Below the pieces are notes generated by a model. The model was not told the origin of the DNA and ran no database searches. It was given only the letters and a program-made list of their open reading frames with translations. A stretch of DNA of 64,000 nucleotides from the NCBI GenBank assembly GCA_029856045.1, contig JAHQWG010000028.1, positions 128,001 through 192,000 of the forward strand, in the 5' to 3' direction. The translations under genes and the position numbers were made by a program. Positions 37,770 through 47,555 of this stretch are shown piece after piece (position 1 is the first letter of the stretch; the number at the start of each line of letters is the position of its first letter). Source of the stretch: Promethearchaeia archaeon. GTDB taxonomy: Archaea; Asgardarchaeota; Lokiarchaeia; Sigyniarchaeales; SOKP01.

Positions 37770-38492
37770 TCAAACAATTTTTCCCGCAATTACTTTAATA
37801 CCCTGCTTTACAATTTGCTCATAATTATTTTGTGTAATTTCCAAGCAAATAATCATTAACTCGTCGTAGTTCCTATTAAATTGATACTTGTATAATTCTG
37901 CCTTTTTAATAAGTTGATAAGCGTCTCTATTGTCTGCATGGAATTTTATTTCAATTAAAATCGTTTTATTGTTCTGAATCAATATATCGATATCAGTTGA
38001 ATAATTTTCCCAAAATACTTTACCTTCTTTATCATTTAGTTTTTCTTTTTTAATTTCACTTGTATTTATACTTTCTTGAATTAAATTATCATTTAAGAAG
38101 TATAAAATAGCATTTTCCAACCCTATACCGCCTCGACGTCCTAACGAGTTTATAGAAGCTTGTAACTGGACTCTTTCTTCTCTGGCTATTTCAAAACCCT
38201 TATTCATCTCTTTAATTAATGCTTCAAAACGATTATCTACGGCTTCAAATCGCTTATCTACGGCTTCAAATCGGTTATTCATTTGCTCTTGAAGGGTTTC
38301 GAATCGTTTATCCATGGCTTCAAATCGCTTATCTACGGCTTCAAATCTTCTGTCGGAATGTTCAATAATTCTTATAATATCTTCTTTTGTAGCAACTACT
38401 CCAGAGAGCGCAGTTATTATTGCACCCTTTATCTCGTCGTCTTCCCTTATTAACTTTGGTAAAAGTTTTAACAACTCGTTTTTATCGATCAA
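37770..38492 (-). CDS. Heptad-repeat coiled coil + PD-(D/E)XK nuclease-like domain (DUF3782-like archaeal family)
   Basis: VATKEDI, (RFEAVDK)n repeats, LGRRGG, DIDILI..ILIEIKF; TTG start with GGAG RBS. Confidence 0.85.
   Translation of the reverse strand: MIDKNELLKLLPKLIREDDEIKGAIITALSGVVATKEDIIRIIEHSDRRFEAVDKRFEAMDKRFETLQEQMNNRFEAVDKRFEAVDNRFEALIKEMNKGFEIAREERVQLQASINSLGRRGGIGLENAILYFLNDNLIQESINTSEIKKEKLNDKEGKVFWENYSTDIDILIQNNKTILIEIKFHADNRDAYQLIKKAELYKYQFNRNYDELMIICLEITQNNYEQIVKQGIKVIAGKIV
38221..38350 (-). repeat. Intragenic 21-bp tandem repeats encoding RFEAVDK heptads
   Basis: Repeated ggcttcaaatcgcttatctac-like units on the + strand. Confidence 0.9.
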
Positions 38493-38723
38493 TTTTATTC
38501 TCCAGTTAATAATATAAAATAAGACTTATATTTTTAAATATATCTGCTCAAAGAAGTTATAATAGTCATCTAAAATTTTAAGAATTGCTGCAATAATATT
38601 CGGTTTCAAGAATAAAATTATTAAAATTAGGAAAAACGCAAAAAATCGTAAGATAATTAGTTCTGTTTATTTTTTTAATTTATTTAATAATATTTTTAAT
38701 TTTTAATAATTACTATTTTTATT

Positions 38724-39767
38724 ATGGCTGAAAAACCTATTTTTGGAAATTGGCTCTCAATTGAAAAAATTAACTCTCTCGAGAAATATATTTTAGTCAC
38801 AATGGAAGAACCATGGAAAATTATAGAACCAAAAATCACACAAAAACCAATTTTCCTTAAATTTAATAATAATATGGCAATCGACCATTTAAAAGCATTA
38901 GCTTTGAGTTTTGACCCTAATATTTTAAAAAATTGTAGTTTAATAGGGATTGGTGGAGGAACATCTTGTGATACTGCAAAATTTTTAGCTTGGTATTTAA
39001 GAGATAAATTTGATTTAAATTTAGACTTACTATTGATTCCATCAATTATTTCTGTGGATGCCTTCTTATGTTCTTCAATTGCCGTAAGAATTAATAGTAA
39101 AGTAAAATATATTGGAGAAATCCATCCAAAAGAAATTTTGATCGATTATAATTTAATCCAAAGTGCTCCTCCATTTTTAAACAGAGCAGGAGTTTCGGAT
39201 ACAATTTCAATAATTACAGCGTTAGGAGATTGGAGACTCGCCAGAGATGAAATAAATGAAAAATTTAACCAAGATGTATTTAATCGAGCAAAAAAGATTG
39301 CTAAAAATTTAATGGAAGCAAGAACTGAAATTAAGGATGTGACAGAAAAAGGAATTAAAGCTTTAGTTGATGGTTTTTATAATGAAGTTGTACTTTGTGA
39401 AGAATGGGGGAATGCAAGGCCTGAAGAAGGAAGCGAACATTTTCTTGCATATTGCCTAGAATCAATTACTCATAAACATTATATTCACGGTAATTTAATT
39501 GGCATGAATATACTAATTAGTCTCTTTCTACAAGAAGAATATGCGGAATTTCCAATTGAAGAAATAAAACAATTTTTTGAATATATTAAAATAAATATTA
39601 CTCCTGAAAAGCAGCATATTTCTTATAATAATATTAGAAAAGCTTTAAAAAAAATTAAAAAGTATGTTATTTCCGAAAAATTACCTTATTCAATATATAA
39701 TTCCTCAAAATTAATCCTAAATAATAAAAAGATTGATGAAATCATTAAATTCTTAAAAGCAATTTAG
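38724..39767 (+). CDS. Glycerol-1-phosphate dehydrogenase-like protein (EgsA/AraM, DHQS/Fe-ADH superfamily)
   Basis: GIGGGTSCDTAK, IPSIISVDA, AGVSD.IS..TA..DW, RPEEGSEH, HG motifs. Confidence 0.8.
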   Translation: MAEKPIFGNWLSIEKINSLEKYILVTMEEPWKIIEPKITQKPIFLKFNNNMAIDHLKALALSFDPNILKNCSLIGIGGGTSCDTAKFLAWYLRDKFDLNLDLLLIPSIISVDAFLCSSIAVRINSKVKYIGEIHPKEILIDYNLIQSAPPFLNRAGVSDTISIITALGDWRLARDEINEKFNQDVFNRAKKIAKNLMEARTEIKDVTEKGIKALVDGFYNEVVLCEEWGNARPEEGSEHFLAYCLESITHKHYIHGNLIGMNILISLFLQEEYAEFPIEEIKQFFEYIKINITPEKQHISYNNIRKALKKIKKYVISEKLPYSIYNSSKLILNNKKIDEIIKFLKAI

Positions 39768-40017
39768 ATGGATATTTGATTTGATTAATAAATTCCGATT
39801 TAATCATATTTAAGCTCAGTTAAGTCGATCATCCACGGAAAAATTTTTTTATTATTATTGAAGTGTAATTTGACAATTTTTAACAAAATTAAATTACTGA
39901 TCTACTGACAAAAGTACATTACTACTAACAATAAAGGATAAATAAATTAAAAATAAAATAATCTTTAATTCACTTAATTAATAACTTTTATTGAATTTCA
40001 ATACAGAGGAAGAAATA

Positions 40018-41067
40018 ATGCAAAACTTAAAGGTTGGGATTATAGGTTCCGGTTTTATTGCTGAACATCATTGTTATGCATATAGTTTATTACCAAATGT
40101 GGAGTTGATGGCAATGTCTTCTTTATTAGAAAATAAGGCAAAAGAATTGATGAAAAAATATAACATACCTGGAAAGCCCTATAAAGATTATAATGAGTTA
40201 TTAAAATTGGATTTGGACGTTGTATCACTATGTATTCCTAATTTTCTCCATAAACAGGGTGCAATTGATGTTTTGAAATCGGGAAAGCATGTTTTTGTGG
40301 AAAAACCGTTAGCAAGAACCGTTGAAGAGGGTAAAGCAATGTTGATGGCTGCGAATAAAGCGAATAAACAAATTTTTTATTGTGAAAATAACATGTATGC
40401 GCCATCTTTTTCAAAGGTAAAAGAGATAATTGAAGAAGGTGCTTTAGGGAAAATATATATGGGAAGAGGAAAGGAACAGCATAGCGGCCCTCATTCTGCT
40501 TGGTTTTATAAAGCAGATAAAGCTGGAGGTGGATGTATATTAGATCTTGGAGTTCATGATGTTGCGTGTCTTATTTGGTATTTAAATTGTGAGGTAGAAA
40601 AGGTATTTTGCCAAACAACTATAACTCTGCCAGATAGAGGTGAGTTTGGAAAATGCAATGTAGAAGATAATGCTGTGGGGATATTGTATTTTAAAAATGG
40701 AGCACAGGTTGTAATTGAAGAATCTTGGACTGCTCCGGGAGGTTATAATATGAGATTTGAACTTTATGGCACTGATGGACAAATCATAGTTGATCCCTCT
40801 AGAAATAATCTTTGTGTTGTCTATAGCGAAAAAAGTTATGGATATGTAGTAGAAAAAGCTGGTTCAACTAAGGGATGGACATTTCCTGTCCCTGAAGAAG
40901 CTTGGGTATTTGGATATCCACAAGAAATAAAACAATTTACTAAATGTATTTTGGAAAATAAAAAACCACTAACAGACGGAGCTTATGGTCTAAAAGTTTT
41001 AAATATAATCGAAACATTGTATAAGAGCGCTAAATCTGGAAAAATTGAGTGGGTTCCATCTCTTTAA
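40018..41067 (+). CDS. Gfo/Idh/MocA family oxidoreductase
   Basis: VGIIGSGFIA, HVFVEKP, GGGCILDLGVH, VEDNA; ATG at 40018 with GAGGA RBS (track start 39991). Confidence 0.93.
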   Translation: MQNLKVGIIGSGFIAEHHCYAYSLLPNVELMAMSSLLENKAKELMKKYNIPGKPYKDYNELLKLDLDVVSLCIPNFLHKQGAIDVLKSGKHVFVEKPLARTVEEGKAMLMAANKANKQIFYCENNMYAPSFSKVKEIIEEGALGKIYMGRGKEQHSGPHSAWFYKADKAGGGCILDLGVHDVACLIWYLNCEVEKVFCQTTITLPDRGEFGKCNVEDNAVGILYFKNGAQVVIEESWTAPGGYNMRFELYGTDGQIIVDPSRNNLCVVYSEKSYGYVVEKAGSTKGWTFPVPEEAWVFGYPQEIKQFTKCILENKKPLTDGAYGLKVLNIIETLYKSAKSGKIEWVPSL

Positions 41068-41101
41068 GAAAAGATTAAGCTAAAAATTTATCTTTTTAAA
41101 C

Positions 41102-42310
41102 CTATTTTTGCAAAGATTTAATAAAATCTACTATGTAATTTAATTTATCTTTTGATGCGAGTAGCATTTCATGAGGGAATTCAATGCTTCTTGAATAGAT
41201 ATCACTTACTACGGGAAAGTTTTTATCATCACTTTTGGTTCTACCCCAATTAGCATTACTATAATCAATTCCTTTCTTTAAATTAACATTTTTAAAACAA
41301 TCTAAACTATGTAATGGGGGATAACAATCAACAATTGGAATACCATTATCGTTAAATTTCTTATAAAAATCTTCCTTTGTAATTCCTCCAAATTTTTCAG
41401 GTTTAAAAACAATTGGATAAATATACCATCCGAGTTCTTCAGTTCCAGGGGTTGGTTTCATAACCTGAATACCATCTATTTGATTTAATTTTTCCATTAA
41501 AAATTTAGCATTTTCATTTCTTAATTTGTGTTGATCTGGAAATTTCTTAATTTGTGATCTTAGTACTGCTGCTTGATACTCGCTCATCCTATAATTGGTA
41601 CCATAGATAAAATGATTATAGAAATAGTCATCTTTCCTTCTTCCACAATCTGAAATTGAATACATTAAATCGGCTAATTTTTCATTATTGGTAATTATTG
41701 CGCCTCCTTCTCCACTTGTCAATACCTTAGAAGCTTGAAAGCTAAACGTTCCCGCATCACCCCAATTTCCAAGTCTTTTCCCTTTATAACGAGATCCATG
41801 CGCATGCGAAGAATCCTCAACAACCTTTAGATTATATTTTTCTGCAATTTCCATTAATAGATCCATTTCAACGGGATTTCCGCCCAAATGAACGGGTATT
41901 ATTGCTTTAGTTTTCTCCGTAATTAAACCCTTAACTTTATCGACATCCATAACTAATGTGTTTGGATCAATGTCACAAAATATAGGAACGGCATTTGTAG
42001 CAACGATTGCAGATGCGGAAGCTACAAAAGTATAATCACTTACAATTACTTCATCTCCCAACCCAACTCCCAAAGATAATAAAGCGACTTCAATAGCAAC
42101 AGTACCATTAAATACGGCAACACAATGTTTCGCTTCCTGTAATTTAGCAAAATCTTCTTGAAACGCCCAAACATTTTCACCTTGATGAACACTAGGCGAT
42201 CCGCACCACCATTTTCCTGATTTAATTATATCATTTAAAGCAAAAATCTCATCATCATCATAAATGGGCCATTTAGGAAAATCTTTTCTCACATTTTGTT
42301 CAAAACTCAT
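41102..42310 (-). CDS. DegT/DnrJ/EryC1/StrS PLP aminotransferase (AHBA-synthase/BtrR-like subgroup)
   Basis: NGTVA, GDEVIV, EDSSHAHG, FSFQASK (PLP lysine), GEGG, GTNYRM. Confidence 0.93.
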   Translation of the reverse strand: MSFEQNVRKDFPKWPIYDDDEIFALNDIIKSGKWWCGSPSVHQGENVWAFQEDFAKLQEAKHCVAVFNGTVAIEVALLSLGVGLGDEVIVSDYTFVASASAIVATNAVPIFCDIDPNTLVMDVDKVKGLITEKTKAIIPVHLGGNPVEMDLLMEIAEKYNLKVVEDSSHAHGSRYKGKRLGNWGDAGTFSFQASKVLTSGEGGAIITNNEKLADLMYSISDCGRRKDDYFYNHFIYGTNYRMSEYQAAVLRSQIKKFPDQHKLRNENAKFLMEKLNQIDGIQVMKPTPGTEELGWYIYPIVFKPEKFGGITKEDFYKKFNDNGIPIVDCYPPLHSLDCFKNVNLKKGIDYSNANWGRTKSDDKNFPVVSDIYSRSIEFPHEMLLASKDKLNYIVDFIKSLQK

Positions 42311-42404
42311 TGTTATTTCTCCTTATTATATTTAAATCCTGTAAAAAAGAATACTTAATAAAGGATATATAAGAAAAAAGATTAAATTAATTAATTATTT
42401 TAGT

Positions 42405-44372
42405 CTAAGCTATATCTTCCAAAAATCCAGCACCTATTCTATTAAAAATTTCACCATATTTTGCTCCAAATTTCTGCCCTATTTCACCATATACTAATTT
42501 AGCTAATAAATTCACTTTGATAGCAATAGGAACATCTTCTTCTAACAACTCAATATATAATCGATTTGCCCGCGCAAGTAATTTATTCTGAAAGAAAAAG
42601 TTTTTCATTACCGTTTTTTGTTCGCAAACCGCTTTTATTTTATCATCAATATAATCAGTAATATCTACATTAAAATTAACAACTGTAGGATTTCGAGCAA
42701 ATAAATATCTCTCTCCTACTGTGTGGATTTCTAAACCTTCTTTAAAATGTTCGGGATAAAATAAGTCAAAAGAACTTTGCCAACATGCTTCATTAACCGC
42801 TCTGGCGGTGGTTATATGATCCATATTTTCCTCGTCTGTTCCATTTAAATCAAAAGATATAACAAGATCTGGTTTATATTTTCTCATCAAATAAACTAAT
42901 TTTCCTCGCAATTCTAAATAATCAGCTCCAGCTAATGTGTCTGTGGGATAATTTAAATGTATGATTTCTTCAGCTCCAAGAACTTTATACGCTCTTTCTA
43001 CTTCTTTTTTATTATTTTTTATTGCTTTTTCTGCGGTAATTCCTACACAATCAGCATAATCATCAGTTATTCTAACACATATTAATTTATTACCTTCACT
43101 TGTCAGTTTTTTAAGAGTACCACCCGCCCAAATAGTTAAATCGTCAGCATGAGCTGCAATTGCCATGATTTTCTTATAAACAAATAGGTTTTTAACAGTT
43201 TTTCTTATTATCTCAGCAGCTTCCGAACCAATAGATTCTAATTCATGACCAATGAATTTTTCATTGTTAATTTTATCAGCCCATTCTTTGGTTTTTAACT
43301 TGAATTGCTCCAGTGGGATAAAGTAACCTAATGCATCATTTGAAAGACTAACGAACATAATTTCCTTATCTTTATTTTCTTCAATTATTTCTGAAAATAA
43401 ACCCGGAAAGGGTTCTCCTGGAATATGGATAATATGCAAATTCCCAATTCTAATCTTGCTTATAGTGCTTACTATTGTATAATCATTCATATCTCTCTCA
43501 AAAATTCCAATATTAAACAAAAGCTGAAAATCAGGATTATTTACTTTAAGATGGACTTTTTCTTCCCTTATCTCTATTTGAGTATCTTCAATTTTTTTAC
43601 CTTTCTGAAAAATTTTTTGTATTTCTATAAAAATTTCCTTAGCAAACGTTTCCATTTTCTCATATCCTTTTTCGCAATAAATTGGCGATTGGGATCCACA
43701 AAGACCTAATGCGAATAATGAAATGCCCCCATATTCCTTTTCAATCATTTCACTTATAAGACCCGGATAATCTCCAGATATTTCAACATTTTCTCGCGTG
43801 GTTATCTCTGGTTGAGCAGAATAACTCCATAAACTTGCAACTAACGTCCTATTAGTTATAAATCTTAAAATTTTAATATCTCCATTAATATCTTTCTCAG
43901 AACGATAATTTTCTATTTGTTTTTCTAAAATCGACTTAGATAAAAATAAATCAACTTCCTTTAATTCCCTCTCTGCCTCTAATACCACGGAAACAATTGT
44001 ATCAATTAAAAAAATAGAATACTTTTTGTTAATTCCTGATTTTCCAATTAGTGGCCCCCATAATCCCATTGTATCTGGACCCGCATGAGTATGGGTTGAA
44101 AAAATATAAACATTTTTTGGTTGATAATCATAAGCCAAAAGTCTTTCTTTTACTTTATCAATAAAATCTGCTAAAAGTCCGATACACTCAACAGAAACTA
44201 AAGAAATCTTTTTTTCCCCATCTGAAATTACCATTGCTCGAGTATAAATTGCATTATGCACTCCTTTTATCTTAGGAGCCATCATTGTGGAATATCCGGC
44301 AATATACATATCTCCAATATCGGATGGAGGTATTATACTATTTTTAGACGCACCACATTTCAGTAAATACAT
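42405..44372 (-). CDS. Fusion: neutral/alkaline ceramidase-like amidohydrolase + PIG-L/LmbE deacetylase
   Basis: N-half: GVH..IY.RA, STHTHAGPD, ISGDYPG, PGEPF, NDALGY. C-half: AHADD, KPDLVISFD, DH, VDITDYIDDKI. Confidence 0.8.
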   Translation of the reverse strand: MYLLKCGASKNSIIPPSDIGDMYIAGYSTMMAPKIKGVHNAIYTRAMVISDGEKKISLVSVECIGLLADFIDKVKERLLAYDYQPKNVYIFSTHTHAGPDTMGLWGPLIGKSGINKKYSIFLIDTIVSVVLEAERELKEVDLFLSKSILEKQIENYRSEKDINGDIKILRFITNRTLVASLWSYSAQPEITTRENVEISGDYPGLISEMIEKEYGGISLFALGLCGSQSPIYCEKGYEKMETFAKEIFIEIQKIFQKGKKIEDTQIEIREEKVHLKVNNPDFQLLFNIGIFERDMNDYTIVSTISKIRIGNLHIIHIPGEPFPGLFSEIIEENKDKEIMFVSLSNDALGYFIPLEQFKLKTKEWADKINNEKFIGHELESIGSEAAEIIRKTVKNLFVYKKIMAIAAHADDLTIWAGGTLKKLTSEGNKLICVRITDDYADCVGITAEKAIKNNKKEVERAYKVLGAEEIIHLNYPTDTLAGADYLELRGKLVYLMRKYKPDLVISFDLNGTDEENMDHITTARAVNEACWQSSFDLFYPEHFKEGLEIHTVGERYLFARNPTVVNFNVDITDYIDDKIKAVCEQKTVMKNFFFQNKLLARANRLYIELLEEDVPIAIKVNLLAKLVYGEIGQKFGAKYGEIFNRIGAGFLEDIA

Positions 44373-44561
44373 ATTTTATTCATCTCTTTATTGTAATTAA
44401 ATAAATCTAGAATTTGTTAATAATTAATTTATTAATATCCATCTATTTTAATCTTTGATTTACATAATGATTTCATTACAAATACTCTTAAAGAAAAATC
44501 CTTAAAAACCTCATAATAAAAAAAAAATAAAAATATATATTTTAATTCACTTTTTGGAAGA

Positions 44562-45986
44562 TTAACGAGTAGATTCCTTTTTTTTCGTATGTAATTCAGC
44601 GAGCATTTTCTGGTTTTCTTCGAAACGCTTTCCGTGAATAGGATAGAAATAAAGACATACAAGTGCAATCCCAATAATAATTGTTGGCCATATACCAACC
44701 AGAAATCGGAGCCCCAAAATAACATCTACGCCTGGTTTTGGATCATACACACCCCAACCGGTTCCAGTAAAAATTATCCCTATAACTAAATAATTTATAG
44801 CGTTAGAAAATCGATTAAAAAACGCAACAACGCCATAATAGGCGCCTTCTCGTCGCACATTGATACCAGAGCGGACTTCATCGTCATCAATGATCTCAGC
44901 CATCCCTTGATCATATAGATAAAGAGTACCACCCAATCCAACGCCCATTATAGCTGTAAAGAGATAACCTGTAAATTCATCAAAAGCCATCATAAAGAGT
45001 AAAAGTGAACATGCCCAGTAAATTAATGCAGTAATATAAGATTTCCTAACTCCCCATTTTTTACGAAGCCACATCCATAAAGGTGCTGATAGAGCACCAA
45101 CCAAAAGACCAACAAACATGAGAAATCCTGGGTCTTCCATTTCGATTACAAATACTGCAAAAAATGGTACCATCGGGGGTAGAATCGCGTATACAATAAA
45201 CACTGCAAGAGCGATTACACAATATATCATGAATGCCTTATTTTTAAAGGTGATTTTATAAGATTCTTTCCACGATGGAGCACTTTCCACGTCCTTAGAG
45301 AATTCTTTACGCTCAAAGGAGCCAAATTTAAGCATTATCAAGATTGTAATTAGAACAATTATTGCAGCAATAACTCCATTAAGTAAAAATTGCCCAGAAG
45401 TCTGTGGAAGACCTTGTGTATTAGCTATATCCTCAATAATGAATTCTGGAACAAGATAGGCAATAGCAAGTCCCAGAATCGTAAAAATATTTCGCCAAAC
45501 ACCAATAGAACTCCGATCCTCAACAGTAAGAAACATTTCGGGCCATAGTGCATTAAAATTAACGGTGTAAGTTGTAAAAACAAGGTCAAATATAATCAAC
45601 ATTATGATAAAATATATAAAAATTGTAATTTCATTGCCCGTTGGGGGGCTCCACAATAGTATCATAACAATACTTAATGGAATCATAGCAAGAAAAATCC
45701 ATGGTCTACGCCGTCCCCACTTAGTTTGGGTTCGATCGGAGAAAACACCTATTATCGGATCGTTGATGGCGTCCCAAATAGACCAGAGAAGGAATCCAAG
45801 ACTAACTAACAATATTGGAAGTCCCATTACTGCATAATAGAAAGCAAATCCTAGAAATGTGAAGTTTTGTAAAGCCAAATTATCTGCTAATGTTCCAGTT
45901 GCATATGCTACTTTAGTTCCGAGACCAGTTTTCAAGGGAAATGTTATGTCTTTTTCTATGTCCGAATTTAAATTTTTTTCGGTCAT
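44562..45986 (-). CDS. MFS transporter, glycoside-pentoside-hexuronide (MelB-like) family
   Basis: WDAINDPIIGVFSDRTQTKWGRRRPW, RREGAYYG, about 12 TM. Confidence 0.93.
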   Translation of the reverse strand: MTEKNLNSDIEKDITFPLKTGLGTKVAYATGTLADNLALQNFTFLGFAFYYAVMGLPILLVSLGFLLWSIWDAINDPIIGVFSDRTQTKWGRRRPWIFLAMIPLSIVMILLWSPPTGNEITIFIYFIIMLIIFDLVFTTYTVNFNALWPEMFLTVEDRSSIGVWRNIFTILGLAIAYLVPEFIIEDIANTQGLPQTSGQFLLNGVIAAIIVLITILIMLKFGSFERKEFSKDVESAPSWKESYKITFKNKAFMIYCVIALAVFIVYAILPPMVPFFAVFVIEMEDPGFLMFVGLLVGALSAPLWMWLRKKWGVRKSYITALIYWACSLLLFMMAFDEFTGYLFTAIMGVGLGGTLYLYDQGMAEIIDDDEVRSGINVRREGAYYGVVAFFNRFSNAINYLVIGIIFTGTGWGVYDPKPGVDVILGLRFLVGIWPTIIIGIALVCLYFYPIHGKRFEENQKMLAELHTKKKESTR

Positions 45987-46221
45987 ACTTAAAATTTCAA
46001 CATTATTATATTTATAGCTTTTATTGAAAAAACTTAGAAATAAAAAATTATAGTTGAAAAAATTGCAAATTAAAAAATCTTTCGATCAAATTAAATATGT
46101 TAAATTATCAAAAGGATTATTTAATTACCTTAAAAAGTTAAATTAGATTTATTTATCCTTCCATTAAATCATTTTAATTTTATAATGTAATTAAAAAAAA
46201 AAATTTAGAAAATTAAGAATT

Positions 46222-47529
46222 TTAATCTGCAATTAAATCATATTTGTCAATTAATTCTAAAATACCATAAACTGGTATACCGTGATTATACATTGTGTTT
46301 GCATCATCTAAATTTCGCCAGCAAAATGGACATTCTGTTAGCATGAAATCTGCACCAACAGCCTCCGCCTCATCAAGTCTTAAACTTGATGTTTTCAGAC
46401 TGAAATCAGGGTATCCCGCTCTAACTCCACCGCCCGCGCCACAACAGAAGGAATTCTCATGAATTCTATACATTTCATTAAATTTTACACCGGGTAGTGC
46501 ACGAATTATGATTCTAGGCTTCTCAAACCATTCCTCTTTCCATTTATTAAGCTTTCTCAAGTCAAATATTAAATTTTTAGACTCATCAATAATTTTTCTC
46601 TGAGTATCAATGTAAAAATGACGACCAGTATGGCAAGGATCGTGATATGTGACTACTTTTCCTTTTAATTCTGGATTTTCTTTAAATTTAATTTTTCCAT
46701 CTTTCACCATATCTGAAATTAACTCAAAAGCATGATTTGTTTTAAAGGGTAATTCTTTTTTAATCCATTTCGGATAGTCCACAGTAAAGGTTCGATAACA
46801 GCCAGCGCAAGAAAATAAAACCATTTCATATTTTTTAAAAAGTTCAAGGTTAGTGTTCATTAAATCTTGCGAAATGTCTGTTCTCCCAATCCTAAAGAAT
46901 GGGCTGCCGCAGCAAACTTCTTTTGTGACCAACGCAAAATCAATACCTAATCTCTTAAAAATTTTACAAGTAGCGACCGCAATATTTATTTGCCTATAAC
47001 TTGCAGTGCAACCAACATAATAAGCAATTTTGGCACCTTTTTTGTCCAAGTATTCTTCAAGCCCATTTTCTTTTACCCATTCAAATCGTTTGTCTTTATC
47101 TCCGCCATAAGGATTATTTCTTTCTACTACCAGCTTTGAGACTAATTCATGTTTCTCGATAAGGGGCACTCCAGAAAAATAACAAGCGGCTCGTAATGAT
47201 TCAATAATGTCGACAGTTGGGACCTTATTTTCACACTGGACTTCACACATCCCACAAGTTATGCATTGCATTATCGTATCACGGACATTTTCCGAAAACT
47301 CTAAATCTCCTTCCATAATACAACGAGCAATCCACATTCTTCCAGCATTCCAAAAACTCTCCCAGCCATATTCTAAACCACTTGGACAGCTTGGAACCAT
47401 GCCTTCATATAGGACTCCTTTATATTCTCCTACTCCTTCTCTACTTGGATCTCCACTATACGTAAACTTGCACGCCTTGCAATGAATACAACGATAAAGT
47501 TCTTTTTTCATTACTTCTAATCTTTCCAT
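46222..47529 (-). CDS. Fe-S/CCG-domain oxidoreductase subunit (GlcF/HdrD-like)
   Basis: CIHCKAC, CITCGMCEVQC, CCG, CAGC, YHDPCH, CCGAGGG, CPFC. Confidence 0.92.
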   Translation of the reverse strand: MERLEVMKKELYRCIHCKACKFTYSGDPSREGVGEYKGVLYEGMVPSCPSGLEYGWESFWNAGRMWIARCIMEGDLEFSENVRDTIMQCITCGMCEVQCENKVPTVDIIESLRAACYFSGVPLIEKHELVSKLVVERNNPYGGDKDKRFEWVKENGLEEYLDKKGAKIAYYVGCTASYRQINIAVATCKIFKRLGIDFALVTKEVCCGSPFFRIGRTDISQDLMNTNLELFKKYEMVLFSCAGCYRTFTVDYPKWIKKELPFKTNHAFELISDMVKDGKIKFKENPELKGKVVTYHDPCHTGRHFYIDTQRKIIDESKNLIFDLRKLNKWKEEWFEKPRIIIRALPGVKFNEMYRIHENSFCCGAGGGVRAGYPDFSLKTSSLRLDEAEAVGADFMLTECPFCWRNLDDANTMYNHGIPVYGILELIDKYDLIAD

Positions 47530-47555
47530 ATCTTTTAACCTCCTCTTCCTTCAAT

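Noticed and set aside
38221-38350. Possible CRISPR array
   Set aside because: The 21-bp units are adjacent without unique spacers, are in frame within a CDS, and no cas genes are present
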